Origin: Squalus acanthias
Lineage: Eukaryota
Assembly (NCBI GenBank): GCA_030390025.1
Contig: JASTWF010000369.1
Span: 1 to 64,000, forward strand
Direction: 5' to 3'
DNA length: 64,000 nucleotides
Notes under the pieces: model-generated
Seen by the model: the letters and a program-made list of their open reading frames with translations, nothing else
The model's database searches: none
Told to the model about the DNA's origin: nothing
Shown: piece after piece, positions 35,404 through 49,729 of the stretch
Layout: each line of letters starts with the position of its first letter
How positions within the stretch are numbered: the first letter of the stretch is position 1
Program-made: the position numbers and the translations under genes

Positions 35404-38400
35404 TTTCAAATAAAACTGTTGGACTATAACCTGGTGTTGTGCGACCTCTCAATTTTGTCCACCCCAGTCCAACACCGGCATCTCCGCATCATGACCACTA
35501 TCGATTTATGAAGCCCAGGATCCCGTATAATTTATTTAATTGCTTTCAAAAGTTGCCCTGCCACCTTCAAAGATTTGTCCACATATATCCCCAGGTCTCT
35601 CTGTTCATGCACCCCCTTTAGAATTGTGCCCTTTAGTTTATTTTGCCTCTCCTCGTTCTTTCTACCAAAATGTATCACTTCCCATTTTTTTGCGTTAAAT
35701 TTCATCTGTCACGTGTCCGCCCATTCCACCAGTCTGCCATGTCCTCTTTAAGTCTATCACTATCCTCCTCACTTTTCACTATATTTCCAAGTTTTGTGTC
35801 TTCCTAAAATGTTGAAATAGTGCCCTGTACACCTAAGTCCAATCATTAACATATATCAAGAAAAGCAGTGGTCCTCGTACCGACCCATGTGGAACGCCAC
35901 TGTATAATTTCCTCCAGTCCGAGAAACAACCGTTCACCACTAGGTTCTGTTTCCTGTCACTTTGAAAATTTCGTATCCATGCTGCCACTGTCCCTTTTAT
36001 TCCATGAGCTTCAACTGTGCTGGCAAGCTGAATAAGTGACGCTTTTACAAACGCCTTTTGGAAGTCCATGCACACCACATCAACTGCATTTCCCCCATCA
36101 ACCCTCTCTATTCCCTCATCAAAACACTTCATCAAGTTAGCTAAACACGATTCGACTTTAATAAATCAGTGCTGGATTTCTTTAATTAATCCACACTTGT
36201 CCAAGTGACTGTTAATTTTGTCCTGGATTATTGCTTCTAAAAGATCCCCCACCACCGAGGTTGAACTGACTGGCCTGTTGTTTCTGGGCTTACCCTTATA
36301 CACTTTCTTGAACAAGGGTTTAAAATATGCAATTCTCCAGCCCTCTGGTATCACCCCCGTATCTAAGGAGTTTTGGAATATTATGGCCAGTAGCTCCGCA
36401 AATTTCCACCTTTAATTCCCTCAGCATCCTAGAATGCATCCCATCCGGACCTGGGGACTTATCTACGATAAGTACAGCCAGCCTTCCTAGAACCTCCTCG
36501 TTATCAATTTTTATCCCATCCCATATCTCAATGACCTCCTCTTTCACTATGACTTTGGCAGCATCTTCCTCCTTCGTAAAGACAGCTACAAAGTACTCAT
36601 TTAGTGCCTCGGCCATGCCCTCTGCCTCCATGCGTAGTTTTCATGTTTGGTTCCTAATCAGCTCTACCCCTTCTCTTGCTACCTGTTTATTATTAATCTG
36701 GCTATAGAAGACTTTTGGATTCCCTTTTATGATAGCTGCCTGTCTATTCCCATATTCTCTCTTTGAAACTCTTATTTCCTTTTTCACTTGCCCTCTTAAC
36801 TTTCTATATTCAGCCTGGTTTTCACTTATATTCTCAACCTGACACCTGTCATAGTCACCCTTTTCTGCTTCATCGTACTCTCTATCTCTTTTGTCACACA
36901 GAGAGCTCAGAATTTGGTTGCCTACCTTTCCCCTCATGGGAATGTACCTCGAATGTACACGAAACATCTCCACGACTTCAGTTTAGCCTGCCAATCTTTG
37001 ATTCAAATTTACCTGGGCCAGATCCGTTCTCAAACCACTGAAATTGGCCTTCCCCCAATTAAGAATTTTAAATCTAGATTGCTCCCTGTCCTTTTCCATA
37101 GCTGGTCCAAATTTTATGATACGATGATGACTTTTCCCTAGTTGTTCTCCTACTGACACTTGCTCCACTAGACCCAGCTCATTCTCCAGAACCAGATCGA
37201 GCAATGCCTCTTTCCCCATTATAATGGAAATGTAATGATCAAGAAAGTTCTCCTGAACACATTTCAGAAATTCTTCCCCCTCTCTGTCCTTTACACTATT
37301 ACTCTCCCAGTCTATATTAGGATCGTTTATGTCCCCCATTATTGCTACTCTATAGTTGTTGCATCTCTCTATATTTTCCCTTCAAATTTGCTCCTCTCTA
37401 TGCTTCCCACTAGTTGGTGGCCTATAGAATAAACGTAGGAGTGTAATGCCACCTCTATTACTTCTTAACTCTAACCAAATCGATTCTGTCCTTAACCCCT
37501 CCTGGAAATCCTTTCTCTCCAGCACTGTATCATTCTCCTTAATCAATACATCCGCCCACCGCATTTATTTCCTTCCCTATCTTTCCTAGACACTTTATAT
37601 CCAGGAATATTTAAAACCCAACCATACCCTTTTTGATCCAGGTCTCCGTTATTGCCATGAATCAGATTTCCATGCGACTATTTGCGCCTGCAGCTCACCA
37701 ACCTTATTTACCACGCTTCGTGCGTTTACACACATGCACTGTAAACCTATCTCAGACCTTCTTGTATTCTCTCTTCGTCTGACCCCACCTAATACCGCAC
37801 TATTTCTTACTATAGTTCTATCTGTCTCTCCCAATCCTTATTTTTCCTTTCTAATGCGACAGCCTTATGCCCATCCTCCACCCAAAGTAATTTAATAGCT
37901 CCCAATAGCTCCAACAAGCCCTCCCGCTCCGAGGATATTGGTCCCGGCTCTATTAGGGTACAAACCGTCCGGCTTGTACAGGTCCCACCTTCCTCCGGAC
38001 CCGTCCTAATATCCCAGGAATCTGACCCCTCCCTGCTGCACCATCTCTCCAGTCACGCAGTTATCTGCTTTACCTTCCTATTTCTATACTCACTCGCTCG
38101 TTGCACCGGGAGTGATTCGGAGATTACTACCTTTGAGGTCCTGCTTTTTAATCTCTACGCAAGCTCCCTAAAATCTATCTGCAGGACCTCATATCCCTTT
38201 CTAACTTTGTCGTTGATACCGATATCGACAACGACCTCTGGCTATTCACCCTCCTCCTTCAGAATGTTCTGCAGCCGCTCAGTGACGTCCTTTTTCCTGG
38301 CACCAAGGAGGCAGCATACCATCCTGGAGACACGTCTGCGGCCGCAGAAACGCCTGCCTGTTCCCCTTACTATTGAATCTCCTATCACTATTGTTTTCCC

Positions 38401-38519
38401 GATCTTTCTTCTGTCCACGTACAGCTGAGCCACCACCCTTGCAGTGGACTCGGCTTTGGCTGTGGTCCCCAGAGGAGTCATCCTCCTCACCAGTATTCAG
38501 TACTCGCACAATGATCATG

Positions 38520-41500
38520 CTCCGTGCCAGGGTCCGTGACGTCTCGGACCATGTTTTCAGAATCCTCCAGGGGGAGGGGGAACAATCACAAGTCGTGGTA
38601 CACATCGGTACCAACGACATAGGTAGGAGAAGGGACGGGGATTTAAAACAGGAATTTAGGGAGCTAGGTTGGAAGCTGAGAGCCAGTACAAACCATGTTG
38701 TAATTTCTGGTTTGTTGCCGGTGCCACGTGCTAGCGAGTTGAGGAACAGGGAGAGAGTGCAGATAAACACGTGGCTGCAGGGATGGTGTAGGGGGGAGGG
38801 TTTCAGTTATGTGGATAATTGGAGCACATTCTGGGGAAGGTGGGACCTGTACAAACAGGACGGTTTGCACCTGAACCAGAGGGGCACCAATATCCTGGGA
38901 GGGAAATTTGCTGCGGCTCTTCGGGGGGGTTTAAACTAATTTGTCAGGGGGATTGGAAAAAGGGCTGTAGTCCAGGAGCCAGTGGTGAGTGTAGGGAGGT
39001 ACTGAGGAGGGTATCAAGGTCGCAGGAATGTACCGGCAGACAGGAAGATGGCTTGAAGTGTGTCTACTTCAATGCAAGGAGCATCCGGAATAAGGTAGGA
39101 GAACTTGGAGCGTGGATTGGTACTTGGGACTACGATGTGGTGGCCATTACAGAAACATGGTTAGAACAGGGAAAGGAATGGTTGTTGGAAGTTCCGGGAT
39201 ATAGATGTTTCAGTAAGAGTAGGGAAGGTGGTAAGAAAGGTGGAGGAGTAGCATTGTTAATCAAGGATAGTTTAACAGCGGCAGAAAGGCAGTTCGAGGG
39301 GGATCTGCCATCTGAGGTAATATGGGCTGAAGTTAGAAATAGGAAAGGAGCGGTCACGTTGTTAGGAGTTTTCTACAGACCCCCAAATAGTAATAGAGAT
39401 GTGGAGGAAGAAATTGCAAAGCAGGTTATGAATAGGTGTGGAGGTCACAGAGTAGTTGTCATAGGTGACTTCAACTTTCAAAATATTGATTGGAACCTTT
39501 GTAGGTCAAACAGTTCAGATGGGATAGTTTTTGCACAGTGTGTGCAGGAGGGTTTCCTGACACAATATGTGGATAGGCCGACAAGAGGTGGGGCCACATT
39601 GGATTTGGTACTGGGTAATGAACCGGGCCAAGTGTTTGATTTGGCTGTGGGAGAGCACTTTGGAGATAGTGATCACAATTCGGTGACTTTCACTAGTGCA
39701 ATGGAGAGGGATAAGGCCATACGGCAGGGCAGGGTTTATAATTGGGGGAGGGGTAATTATGATGTGATGAGGCAAGAATTAGGGAGCATAAGATGGGAAC
39801 AGAAACTATCAGGGAAAGACACAAACGAAAAGTGGAGCTTTTTCATGGAGCAATTACTGCGTGTCCTTGATAGGTATGTCCCTGTCAGGCAGGGAGGAAA
39901 TGGCCGAGTGAGAGAACCATGGTTCATAAAAGAGGTTGAATGTCTAGTCAAGAGGAAAAAGGAAGCGTATGTAAGGATGAGAAAACAAGGTTCAGTTGGT
40001 TCGATCGAGGGGTACAAGGTAGCAAGGAATGAGCTAAAAAAAGAGCTTAGGAGAGCTAGGAGGGGGCATGAGAAGTCCTCGGCGGGTCGGATCAAGAAAA
40101 ACCCCAAGGCTTTTTACTCTTATGTGAGAAAAAAAAGAATGACCAGGGTGAGGGTAGGGCCGGTCAAGGACAGTAGTGGGAACTTGTGCATGGAGTCAGA
40201 AGAGATAGGAGAGGTGATGAATGAATACGTTTCGTCAGTGTTCACAGAGGAGAGAGGCCATGTTCTTGAGGATGAGAGTCTGATAAAGGTGGATAGGCTG
40301 GAGGAGGTAGATGTTCTGAGGGAAGATGTTTTAGCAATTTTAAAGAACCTGAGGGTCGATAAGTCCCCTGGGCCAGATGGGATATATCCTAGGATTCTTT
40401 GGGAGGCAAGGGAGGAGATTGCAGAGCCTTTGGCTTTGATCTTTGGGTCCTCACTGTCCTCGGGGATGGTGCCAGAGGACTGGAGAGTGGCGAATGTTGT
40501 TCCTCTCTTCAAGAAAGGAAATAGGAATGACCCTGGTAATTATAGGCCGGTTAGTCTTACTTCGGTGGTTGGTAAGATAATGGAAAAAGGTCCTGAGGGA
40601 TAGGATTTATGACCATTTGGAAAGAGGCAACTTAATCAGGGATAGTCAACACGGATTCGTGAAGGGTAAGTCTTGCCTAACAAATTTGATTGAATTCTTT
40701 GAGGCGGTAACTAAGTGTGTAGATGAAGGTAGAGCAGTTGATGTCGTATACATGGATTTTAGTAAGGCGTTTGATAAGGTTCACCATGGTCGGCTCATGA
40801 AGAAAGTAAAGAGTTGTGGGATAGAGGGAAATTTGGCCGATTGGATAAGTAACTGGCTATCTCATAGAAGGCAGAGGATGGTGGTGGATGGAAAATTTTC
40901 GGACGGGAGACCAGTTACCACCGGTGTGCCACAGGGGTCGGTGCTGGGTCCTCTGCTGTTTGTGATTTTTATCAATGACTTGAAGGAGGGGACTGAAGGT
41001 TGGATCAGTAAATTTGCTGATCACACCGAGATTGGTGGAGTAGTGGATGAGGAGGAGGGCTGTTGTAGGCTGCAAAGAGACATTGATAGGATGCAGAGCT
41101 GGGCCGAAAAATGGCAGATGGAATTTAACCCTGATAAGTGCGAGGTGATTCATTTTGGTAGGGCAAATTTGAATAAGGATTACAGGGTCAACGGCAGGGT
41201 TCTGAGGAACGTGGAGGAACAGAGGGATCTGGGGGTTCATATCCACAGATCTCTGAATGTTGCCACTCAAGTGTATAGAGCAGTAAAGAAGGCCTATGGT
41301 GTGTTGGCGTTTATTAACAGGGGGTTTGAGTTTAAGAACCGTGAGGTTATGCTGCAACTGTACAGGACTTTGGTGAGACCACATTTGGAATATTGTGTGC
41401 AGTTCTGGTCACCTCACTATAGGAAGGACGTGGAAGCATTGGAAAGAGTGCAAAGGAGATTTACCAGGATGCTGCCCGGTTTGCGGGGGAGGTCTTATGA

Positions 41501-41922
41501 GGAAAGATTGAGGGAGTTAGGGCTGTTCTCTTTAGAGCGGAGGAGGATGAGAGGCGACTTAATAGAGGTTTATAAGATGATGAGGGGGATAGAAAGAGTG
41601 GATGTTCAGAGGATATTTCCTCGGGTAGAGGCAGCTGTTACAAGGGGGCATAACTATAAGGTGCACGGGGGGAGATATAGAAGGGATGTCCGAGGTAGAT
41701 TCTTTACTCAGAGAGTGGTTGGGGTGTGGAATGGACTGCCTGCTGTGATAGTGGGGTCGGATACTTTAGGAACTTTCAAGCGGTTATTGGATAAGCACAT
41801 GGAGCACACCAGAGTGATAGGGAGTGGGATAGCTTGATCTTGGTTTCGGACAATGCTCGGCACAACATCGAGGGCCGAAGGGTCTGTACTGTGCTGTACT
41901 GTTCTATGTTCTATGTTCTATG
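38520..41922 (+). mobile_element. Young CR1 LINE: ORF1 SGNH esterase C-terminus and nearly intact ORF2 (APE endonuclease + RT)
   Basis: VHIGTND, DGLHLN; FNARS, ITETW, YRPP, GDFN, SDH; DFSKAFDKV, GVPQGSVLGP; one frameshift in the A-run at 40584-40588; FADD changed to FADH; (TTCTATG)3 tail. Confidence 0.96.
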
Positions 41923-42324
41923 ATACAGTTAATTTCATATTAATGATTAATGCACACAAATGCATACAAATGTTGTCAATTAAATTACAACCGAAATCGG
42001 TCAAGGCTGCTCCACTTGTACTTAACTTTCAAGCACTATCCTTGAAGGCACAAACGTGTTCCCAATCTCTACCTTTGTTACCTTCACTGAGAATACTGCA
42101 TGGCTTGTCTTGAACTACATATTTCCTTCCTACAGCTCCCTCACCCTGTGCCTTTCATTCCATACCGCTCTGTGACGAAATCATCAATGCCACATTCTTG
42201 GCAATGAATGGAGCTTGGTTCTAAGCTGCTTATAATTTTGCATCACGTTTTAAATGGCAGTAATAGTAGCCATTAAAAAAAAACTGAAATCACAATTGCA
42301 TCCTTTACTTCTAGCTGCATCATT

Positions 42325-43082
42325 GGCCCAGAAATTAAACATCGATGGTTGCCGCGGGGGTAAGGATCCCCCGCGATATCGCACTCCGCGCCTACCTTTA
42401 TGGTTCGGGCCCACACGAACTTCAGTTCGAGGGCCTCTCCCTGGTGCCGGCGCGGAGTGCTTGCGTGTCCCCGGCGCAATTGGTTTGTGCGACCTCTGGG
42501 ATCAGGTGGACCAGTTAGAGCCAATGGCAGCACACCATCTTTCATTCATAGTTTTGACAGGAAGAGCTGTCAAAGTAATGAATACAACAAGCCCCCAAAA
42601 GAACAGCTAAACCTCAATTAAATTTTAAAAAAGCCATCACGTTAATAAAATAACTATAGTTAAATAAATTAACCACTTTAAAAAAAACCTACATTTTTGA
42701 AAAAATTTAAATTATTTTTAAAAGTTATAAAAATAAGCTTACCTTTCTTTAAAGTCTCTAAAACAGATAAACCTGTTGAAAAAAATTAAAATAACACTTA
42801 ATTAACTACTTACCTTGTTAAAAGGGGGTCTTACACCTGCTTTCTTCATGTGTAAAATATCCAGCACTTACCTGCGCGTTCAAATCTGAAAAAAAACTAA
42901 GTGCACTGCGTGCGCGCAACCTGTAGTGCGCATGCGGTTCCCTTAGGAACCGGCCCCATCGCCATACACGAAGTGCCGGTTTCCCGCGCATGCGCAGTGC
43001 ATGCAGGAAACTGGCACTTCGGGACCTAATACCCGAGAGTACACAGTGCGTACTCTCCCGCATTAGGTCTAATTTTCGGGCC
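42325..43082. mobile_element. MITE-like element, sister subfamily of 29793-30532
   Basis: TIRs GGCCCAGAAATT / AATTTTCGGGCC; the core from CAGTTAGAGCCAATGGCAGC onward is homologous, the left arm differs. Confidence 0.78.
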
Positions 43083-43084
43083 AA

Positions 43085-46000
43085 CAATTCTAATAAGAAA
43101 AACAAATGAAGATCATTCCACTGTCCACTACTTTAGCCACCTCTTCAAAAAAATAATTCAGGTTCTTCAGGCATGACCTACCGTTTACAAATGCATGCTG
43201 GCTCTCTCTGATCAGCGGGAAATTTTCAATGTGTTCTGTCACTCTCTCCTTCGTTATAGACTCGTAATTTCCCGACAACATATGTTAGGCTAACTGGTCT
43301 ATAATTCCCTGGTTTCCCACTCTCGCCAATCTTAAGTAATGGCGTGACCTGCGCATTGTTCCAATCTAAAGGAACGGTTCATGAATCGAGAGAACTTTAC
43401 AGATTATAGTTGGAGCATCTGCAATGTTTTCACCGACATCCTTTAAATTCCTGGGATGGAAATCATCTGCTCCGGGGGATTCGTCACTCTTTAGTGCCAT
43501 TAATTCCTTCATTACTGATATTCTGCTTACGTTAATGTTGGTGAGTCCCTATCTCTAATTCAATATTAATTTCCTTGGGATGGCTGGGATGCTGTCATCT
43601 TCTTCTCACTGTAAATACCGACAAAATATATTTATACATCATGTCCAACATTTCCTTATTTTCATTTACAGTATCAACGTTATCATTTTTCAAGAGGCCC
43701 ACGTTAATTCTGACCACCTATTTTCCTAATAGAAATGTAAAAGGAATTTGTGTTGATTTTGATATCCATTGCAAGTTTCTTTGTATCTATTTCGTCTCCT
43801 TTTGTTGTTCTTTGTATCTTTCCCATTCGCCAGGATCAATTTGTATTTTGTACGCTTTTTCTTATAGTTTTATGTTGTATTTTACCCCCTCGTCGTCAAG
43901 GGCATTTTGTTATTTTTGGCAAGTAGAGCTTTGCCCCTAGCAGTATAAACTGTTTCTCTATCACATTAAATTATTTTTGAACACCTACCACTGTTCTTCT
44001 GTCGATTTACATATTATCAGATTTGCCCTAATGTCTGTGGACAATCTCTGCCTCATCCCGTTGAACTTGGCCTAACCTAAATCTAGAAATTTAGTTGCTG
44101 TTTCGCGTTTCTCCCTTTCAAATACAACGTTTAACTCGATCATATTATGATCGCTATTAAATAAACGTTCATGCACCGTTAGGCTGTTAACTAAATCTGA
44201 CTCAGTATTCATTATTAAATCTAATTTGGCATTCCCCCTTATTGCTCATAGGACATTTGTTGCAGAAAACTATTGTGAATGCACTCAAGAAGTTCTTTAC
44301 CTTCTGACATGAGTAGTCTGCTTATCCGAATATATATATGAAAGTTAGAATCCCCCATTAAAACCAGTCTGTCTTTACTACATACTTATATAATCTCTGT
44401 ATTTATACATTCTGCCATATCACAGCAGTTATCAGGAGACATATACGCAGTTCCCACTACAGCCTTAATTCCTTTTCTATTTCTTAATTCTACCCATAAA
44501 TCCTCCACTGCCTGCTTACCTCTCGTTATATCCTCTCTTATTACTGAATTAATTTCATCCTCAATCACTAAAGCTGCTCACCCACCCTTCACCCGCCTCT
44601 ACCACTTTCCCTATCCTTCCTGTAGACCTCATAATTATTGCCCAGAATTTGCGGTGGTTATGATGGCCCACTCTGCGAGCACGCTGTCACAGCACCTTTG
44701 AAATGGACCGCAAGTTCGTGATTTCCGCATGCGCTAAATCCTCAACTTGCGATCTGTCAAGTTACAACATGACGGATCATCAACACCGCCTTTGAAATCC
44801 GAATTGCTGACACACAGTTTGGCTAAATGCCCACCAACTGGCCAGCAATTACGTATGAAAAGTTTATGGCTGATGCAAACAGACACTGTAAGGGGATATC
44901 TCAGGCATGTTTTAACATTTTCATCTCGGAAATCGGACTGTTTATTTTTTTGCGATCTGAGTGTTCCGTTTAAGGTGTTTGAATTGATCCATAGATCGCC
45001 ATCCCGATTCATATCTCAACTTCGTTAACTAAACATACACAAAGTATAATCTGCTCCTCTGTTCTTACACACTGCTATATCTGTATCAAATCAGTTCTTT
45101 TCTTGAATCTGCAAAGATTGAAGTGTTAATGATATTGATAATTATTACCAGCAAATTTATTTTTTTAACAACAGAACTAAGATGTAATAAAGTTGGTGGA
45201 ATGAATCTAATTCGGAATCAAATTCCAAACCTGCAAATTCATTGTAAATAAATCAGATTACGGGGTTTGATTCTGAATGATCTAAAATCTAATTCTGCTT
45301 GATGATCGGAGCAGAAGGCCCACGTGTTCCCAGGTACGCTTCCGCACATGCTGCACCCCTGGGATCTGTGGGCCATTAGGCTGCCCTCGAATACACTGCT
45401 AACGAAGCTGTACTCCGTAGGTACGCCGTCGACCACAACATCTGACACATTATAATTATATAATTCTGTTCAGTTCCCAGTCCTGATCGTCTTGCAGCCG
45501 TGTCTCAGTAGTGGCTACGATGTTGTACACTCTAACATAAATGTGTGCCTACAATTCATTCAATTTGTTTCATATATTATGTGTTTTTGTATAAATGACG
45601 TTGATTTGGGCCACACATCATAACCTGTCCTTCTGCTCTAATGTTGTTCCTCTAACATTTCTTATTTCTCGCTCCTATTTTAATTACTTTACATCTTGTA
45701 ATTTTCCCTTTATCTGTAGTGCCAAAAGCAAAATTTCCAACTGTTACTCTACTCTCTTCTCTTTCATTTCTTTTCGAATTAATACTTATACTGCTTTTCC
45801 AACTGAGCCCTCTCCTTCCCCCATTTACTAGTTTACAGTCCTTGCGACCACCCTATTCATCCTTTCTGCTTGTACCCCGTTCCCCGCCCGGTTCATCTGG
45901 GCCCCATCTCAATGGTACAGTTCATAACTCTCCCAGTACCGGTGCCAGTGTCCCATGAAATGGAACACCTCTTTCTCACACCACTCCTTCAGCCACGTGT

Positions 46001-46780
46001 ATACCTCCCTCATCTGTTTATTTTCTACGCCAACTTTTACGTGGTCCGCGTAATAATCCAAAGATTATAACCGTTGAAGTCCTGTTTTGTTCAACAACAA
46101 AAAAAATTGCTCCAGCTCCTCGTATTCTGTGAACAGGACCTCTTTCCTGCTCTTTCCTATGTTTTTGGCCCCAACATGGACCAAACGAATCGATCATCCG
46201 CTTCCTCTCCAATATACTTTCAAGCTGGTTCGAGATGTCCCTCGCCCTGGCACCAGGTAGGCAACATATCATGTGGATTCTCGATCCTGGTTACTAAGGA
46301 TGCTATCTGTCCCACTAATTATTGAATCGCCTACAACTACTACAATACGCTCCCCCTCCGCTTCCCTTCTGCTCCAACATGCCCTGGTCAACAGTCTGGC
46401 TGTTCTTCCAACTGTCTTTATCCTTATCCTTACAGGTAGAAAGTACATTGTGCCTATTGGAGAGGATCAGTTTTTGCGAATCCTCATCCTCTATCTCAAC
46501 TGGCTTCCCACTATTCTGCAAACTATCGATCACATCAACTCCGTTCTGATCCTGCAGCTCTCTAGGAGGTGAGACGGAGCTCTGGACCAAACTGGCCACA
46601 TAATCCTCCCCCTGAATTTTGCAGGGGAGTGTCTCCAACTCACGCTCCAGCTCAACGACTCTGAGCCAGAGAGATTCGAGGCGAAGAGATCTACTGCAGG
46701 TGTATTCAATCGGGACAGTCTCGCTGTGTACAAACTCCCACATACTGCCGTCCAGAGAAACAACCTGCTCTACCATCTTA
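43085..46780 (-). mobile_element. Old CR1 LINE (ORF1 start to RT start), interrupted by a MITE-like insert at about 44640-45450
   Basis: MVEQVV...MWEFV..YTCSRSLRLESL ORF1 start, CCLPGAR, LWVELRNRKG, SQHAFVNGRSCL. Confidence 0.8.
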
Positions 46781-46809
46781 GTCTATATGTGATTTTTATT
46801 CGTTTATTG

Positions 46810-49720
46810 GAAGTGGGCGTCGCTGGTAAGGCTAGCAATTATTGCCCATTCCTAATTGTCCTTGAGAAGGTGGTGGTGAGCTGTCTTCTTAAATCGCTGT
46901 AGTCCGTGTGGTGAAGGTACTCCCACAGTGCTGTTAGGTAGGGTTTTCCAGGATTTTGACGCAACGACGATGAAGGATCGGCGATATACTTCTATGTCAG
47001 AATTGTGTGTGACTTGGAGGGAAACATGGAGGTGGTGGTGTTCGCATGGGCCTGCTGCCCTTGTCCTTCTAGGTGGAAGCGGTCGCGTGTTTGCGAGTTG
47101 CTGCCGAAGAAGCCTTGGCGAGTTGCTGCAGTGTATCTTGTAAATGCTACACACTGCAGTCACGGTCCGCCAGGGTGGAGGGAGTGAATGTTTAAGGTGG
47201 TGGATGGAGTGCCAATCAAGCGGGCTGCTTTGTCCTGGATGGTATCGAGATTCTTGAGTGTTGTTGGTGCTGCACTCATCCAGGCAAGTGGAGAGTATTC
47301 CATCAAAATCCTTACTTGTGCCTTGTAGATGGTGGAAATACTTTGGGTGTCAGGAGGTGAGACACTCGCTGCAAAATACCTAGCCTCTGACCTGCTCTTG
47401 TTGCCACATTATTGATGTGGCTGGTCCAATTAAGTTTCTGGTAAATTGTGACCTCCAGGATGTTGATGGTGGGGTATTCGGCGATGGTAATGCTGTTGAA
47501 TGTCAAGGGGAGGTAGTTAGACTCTCGCTTGTAGGAGATAATCATTGCCTCGCACTTTTGTGGCGGGGATGATACATGGCACTTATCAGCCCAAGCCTAA
47601 ACCTCGACCAGGTCTTGTTGCATGCGGGCATGGACTGCTTCATTCTCTGAGGAGTTGCGAATGGCGCTGAACACTGTGCAGTCATCAGCGAACTTCCCCA
47701 TTTCTGACCTTATTTTGGACGGATGGTCATTGGTTAAGCAGCAGAAATGGGCCCAGGACAATGCCCTGAAGAACTCCTGCAGCGATGTCCTGGGAATATG
47801 ATGATTGACCTTCAAACACCTCAACCATCTTCCTTTGTGCTAGGTATGCCTCCAGCCATTGGAGGGTTTCTCCCCCGATTCCCATTGACTTCAGTTTTAC
47901 TAGGGCTCATTGATGCCACACTGGGTCACATGCTGCCTTGATGGCAATAGCAGTCACTCTCACCTCACCTCTGAAATTCAGCTCCTTTTCCATGCTTGGA
48001 CCAAGGCTGTAATGAGATCGGGAGCTGAGTGTTATTGGCGGAACCCAAACTGGTATCAGTGAGCAGGTTATTGGTGACTAATCCCGCTTGATAGCACTCT
48101 CCATGAAACCTTCCATCACTTTGCTGATGTTTGAGAGTAGACTGATGGGGCGGTAATTGGCCGGGTTGGATTTGTCCTGCTTTTTGTGGACAGAACATAC
48201 CTGGGCAGTTTTCCACATTTTCGGGTAGATGCTAGTGTTGTAGTTGTACTGGAACAGCTTGGCTAGAGGCGCGGCTAATTGTGGAGCACAAGTCTTCAGC
48301 ACGATAGGCGGGATGTTGTCGCGGCCCATAGCCTTTTTTGTATCCAGTGCGCTCAGCAGTCTCTTGATATCACGTGTTTTGAATCGATTTGGCTGGAGAT
48401 TGGCTTCTGTGATGGTGGGGATCTCAGGAGTAGGCCGATATGGATCATCCACTTGGCACTCCTGCCTGAAGATGGTTGCAGTCGCTTCAGTCTTGTCTTT
48501 TGCACTCATGTGCTGGGCTCCACCAGCATTGAGGATGTGGATATTCATGGATCCTCATCCTCCCGTTTGTTGTTTAATGGTCCACCACCATTCACGATTT
48601 ATGTGGCAGGACTGCAGAGCGTTGATGTGATCCGTTGATTTTGGGATCCCTTACCCCTGTCTAGAGCATGCTGCTTCCGCTTTTAATTATGCATGTAGTC
48701 CTGTGTTGTAGCTTTCCACCTCATTTTTAGCTACGCTTGGTGCTGCTCCTGGCATGCTCTTCTAACACTCCTTATTGAACCAGGGTTGGTACCCTAGATT
48801 GATGGTAATTGTAGTGTGAGGGATATGCCAGGCCATGATGTTACAGATTGTGGTGGAATAAAATTCTGCTGCTGCCCCACAGCGCCTCATGGATGCCCGG
48901 TTTTGAGCTGCGAGATCTGTTCTGAATCTATCCCATTTAGCATGGTGGCAGTGCCAAACAACACGATGGAGGTTGTCCTCAGTGTAAAGACGCGTCTGCG
49001 TCTCTACAGTGGTCACTGCTACCAATACTGTCATGGACAGATGCATCTGCGAAAGGTGGATTGTTGAGGACGAGGTCACGTGCTGTTTATCTCACCACCT
49101 GTCGCAGGCCCAGACTGGCAGCTATGTCCTTCAGGACTCGGCCAGCTCAGTCAATAGTCGTGCTCCCGAGCCACGCTTGGTGTTGGACATTGAAGTCCCC
49201 CATCCAGAGTACATTCTGTGCCCTTGCTACTCTAAGTGCTTCTTCCAAGTGATGTTCAACATGGAGGAGTACTGATTCATCAGCTGAGGGTGGGTGGTAG
49301 GTGGTATTCAGCAGGAGGATTCCTTGCCCATGCTTAACCTGAAGCCGTGAGCCATCATGGGTTTCGGAGTCAATATTGAGAACTCCCAGGGCCACACCTT
49401 CCCGACTGTATACCACTGTGCCACCACCTTTGGTGGGTCTGTCCTGCCGGTGGGACAGGGCATACCCAGGGATGATGATGGAGGATGGAGGATTTTGGGA
49501 CATTGACTGAAATGTATGATTCTGTGAGCATGACTATGTCAGGTTGTTTCTTGACTAGTCTGTGGGACAGCTCTCCCAATTTTGGCACAAGTCCCCAGAT
49601 GTTGGTGAGGAGGACTTTGCAGGTTCAGTTGGGCTGGGTGTGCCATTGCCGTGTCCATAGCCGGTGCCGAGGTCGATGCTGGGTGGACGTCCGGTTTCAT
49701 TCTTATTATTGTGTTTCGTA
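46810..49720 (-). mobile_element. CR1/L2-clade LINE (APE + RT, no ORF1 seen), decayed
   Basis: LTNIWGLVPKLGEL, PDIVMLTES, YHPPS, MGDFN, NYRPISLLS, FADD; same family as 56918-58560. Confidence 0.85.
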
Positions 49721-49729
49721 GCAGTTTGT

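Larger units (their letters stand above)
34690..35500. mobile_element. Young palindromic Penelope-derived element: 318-bp inverted arms, each with a hammerhead
   Basis: Arms 34688-35005 and 35138-35455 are reverse complements; TSD TCGATTTATGAA at 34678-34689 and 35501-35512. Confidence 0.9.
34065..38502 (-). mobile_element. Old CR1 LINE (ORF1 esterase to 3' end), decayed
   Basis: Collinear remnants VIGDSIVRG, CVNARSV, FYRPP, MGDIN, KSPGPDG, DFQKAF, GVPHGSV; 3' microsatellite at 34065-34080. Confidence 0.85.
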
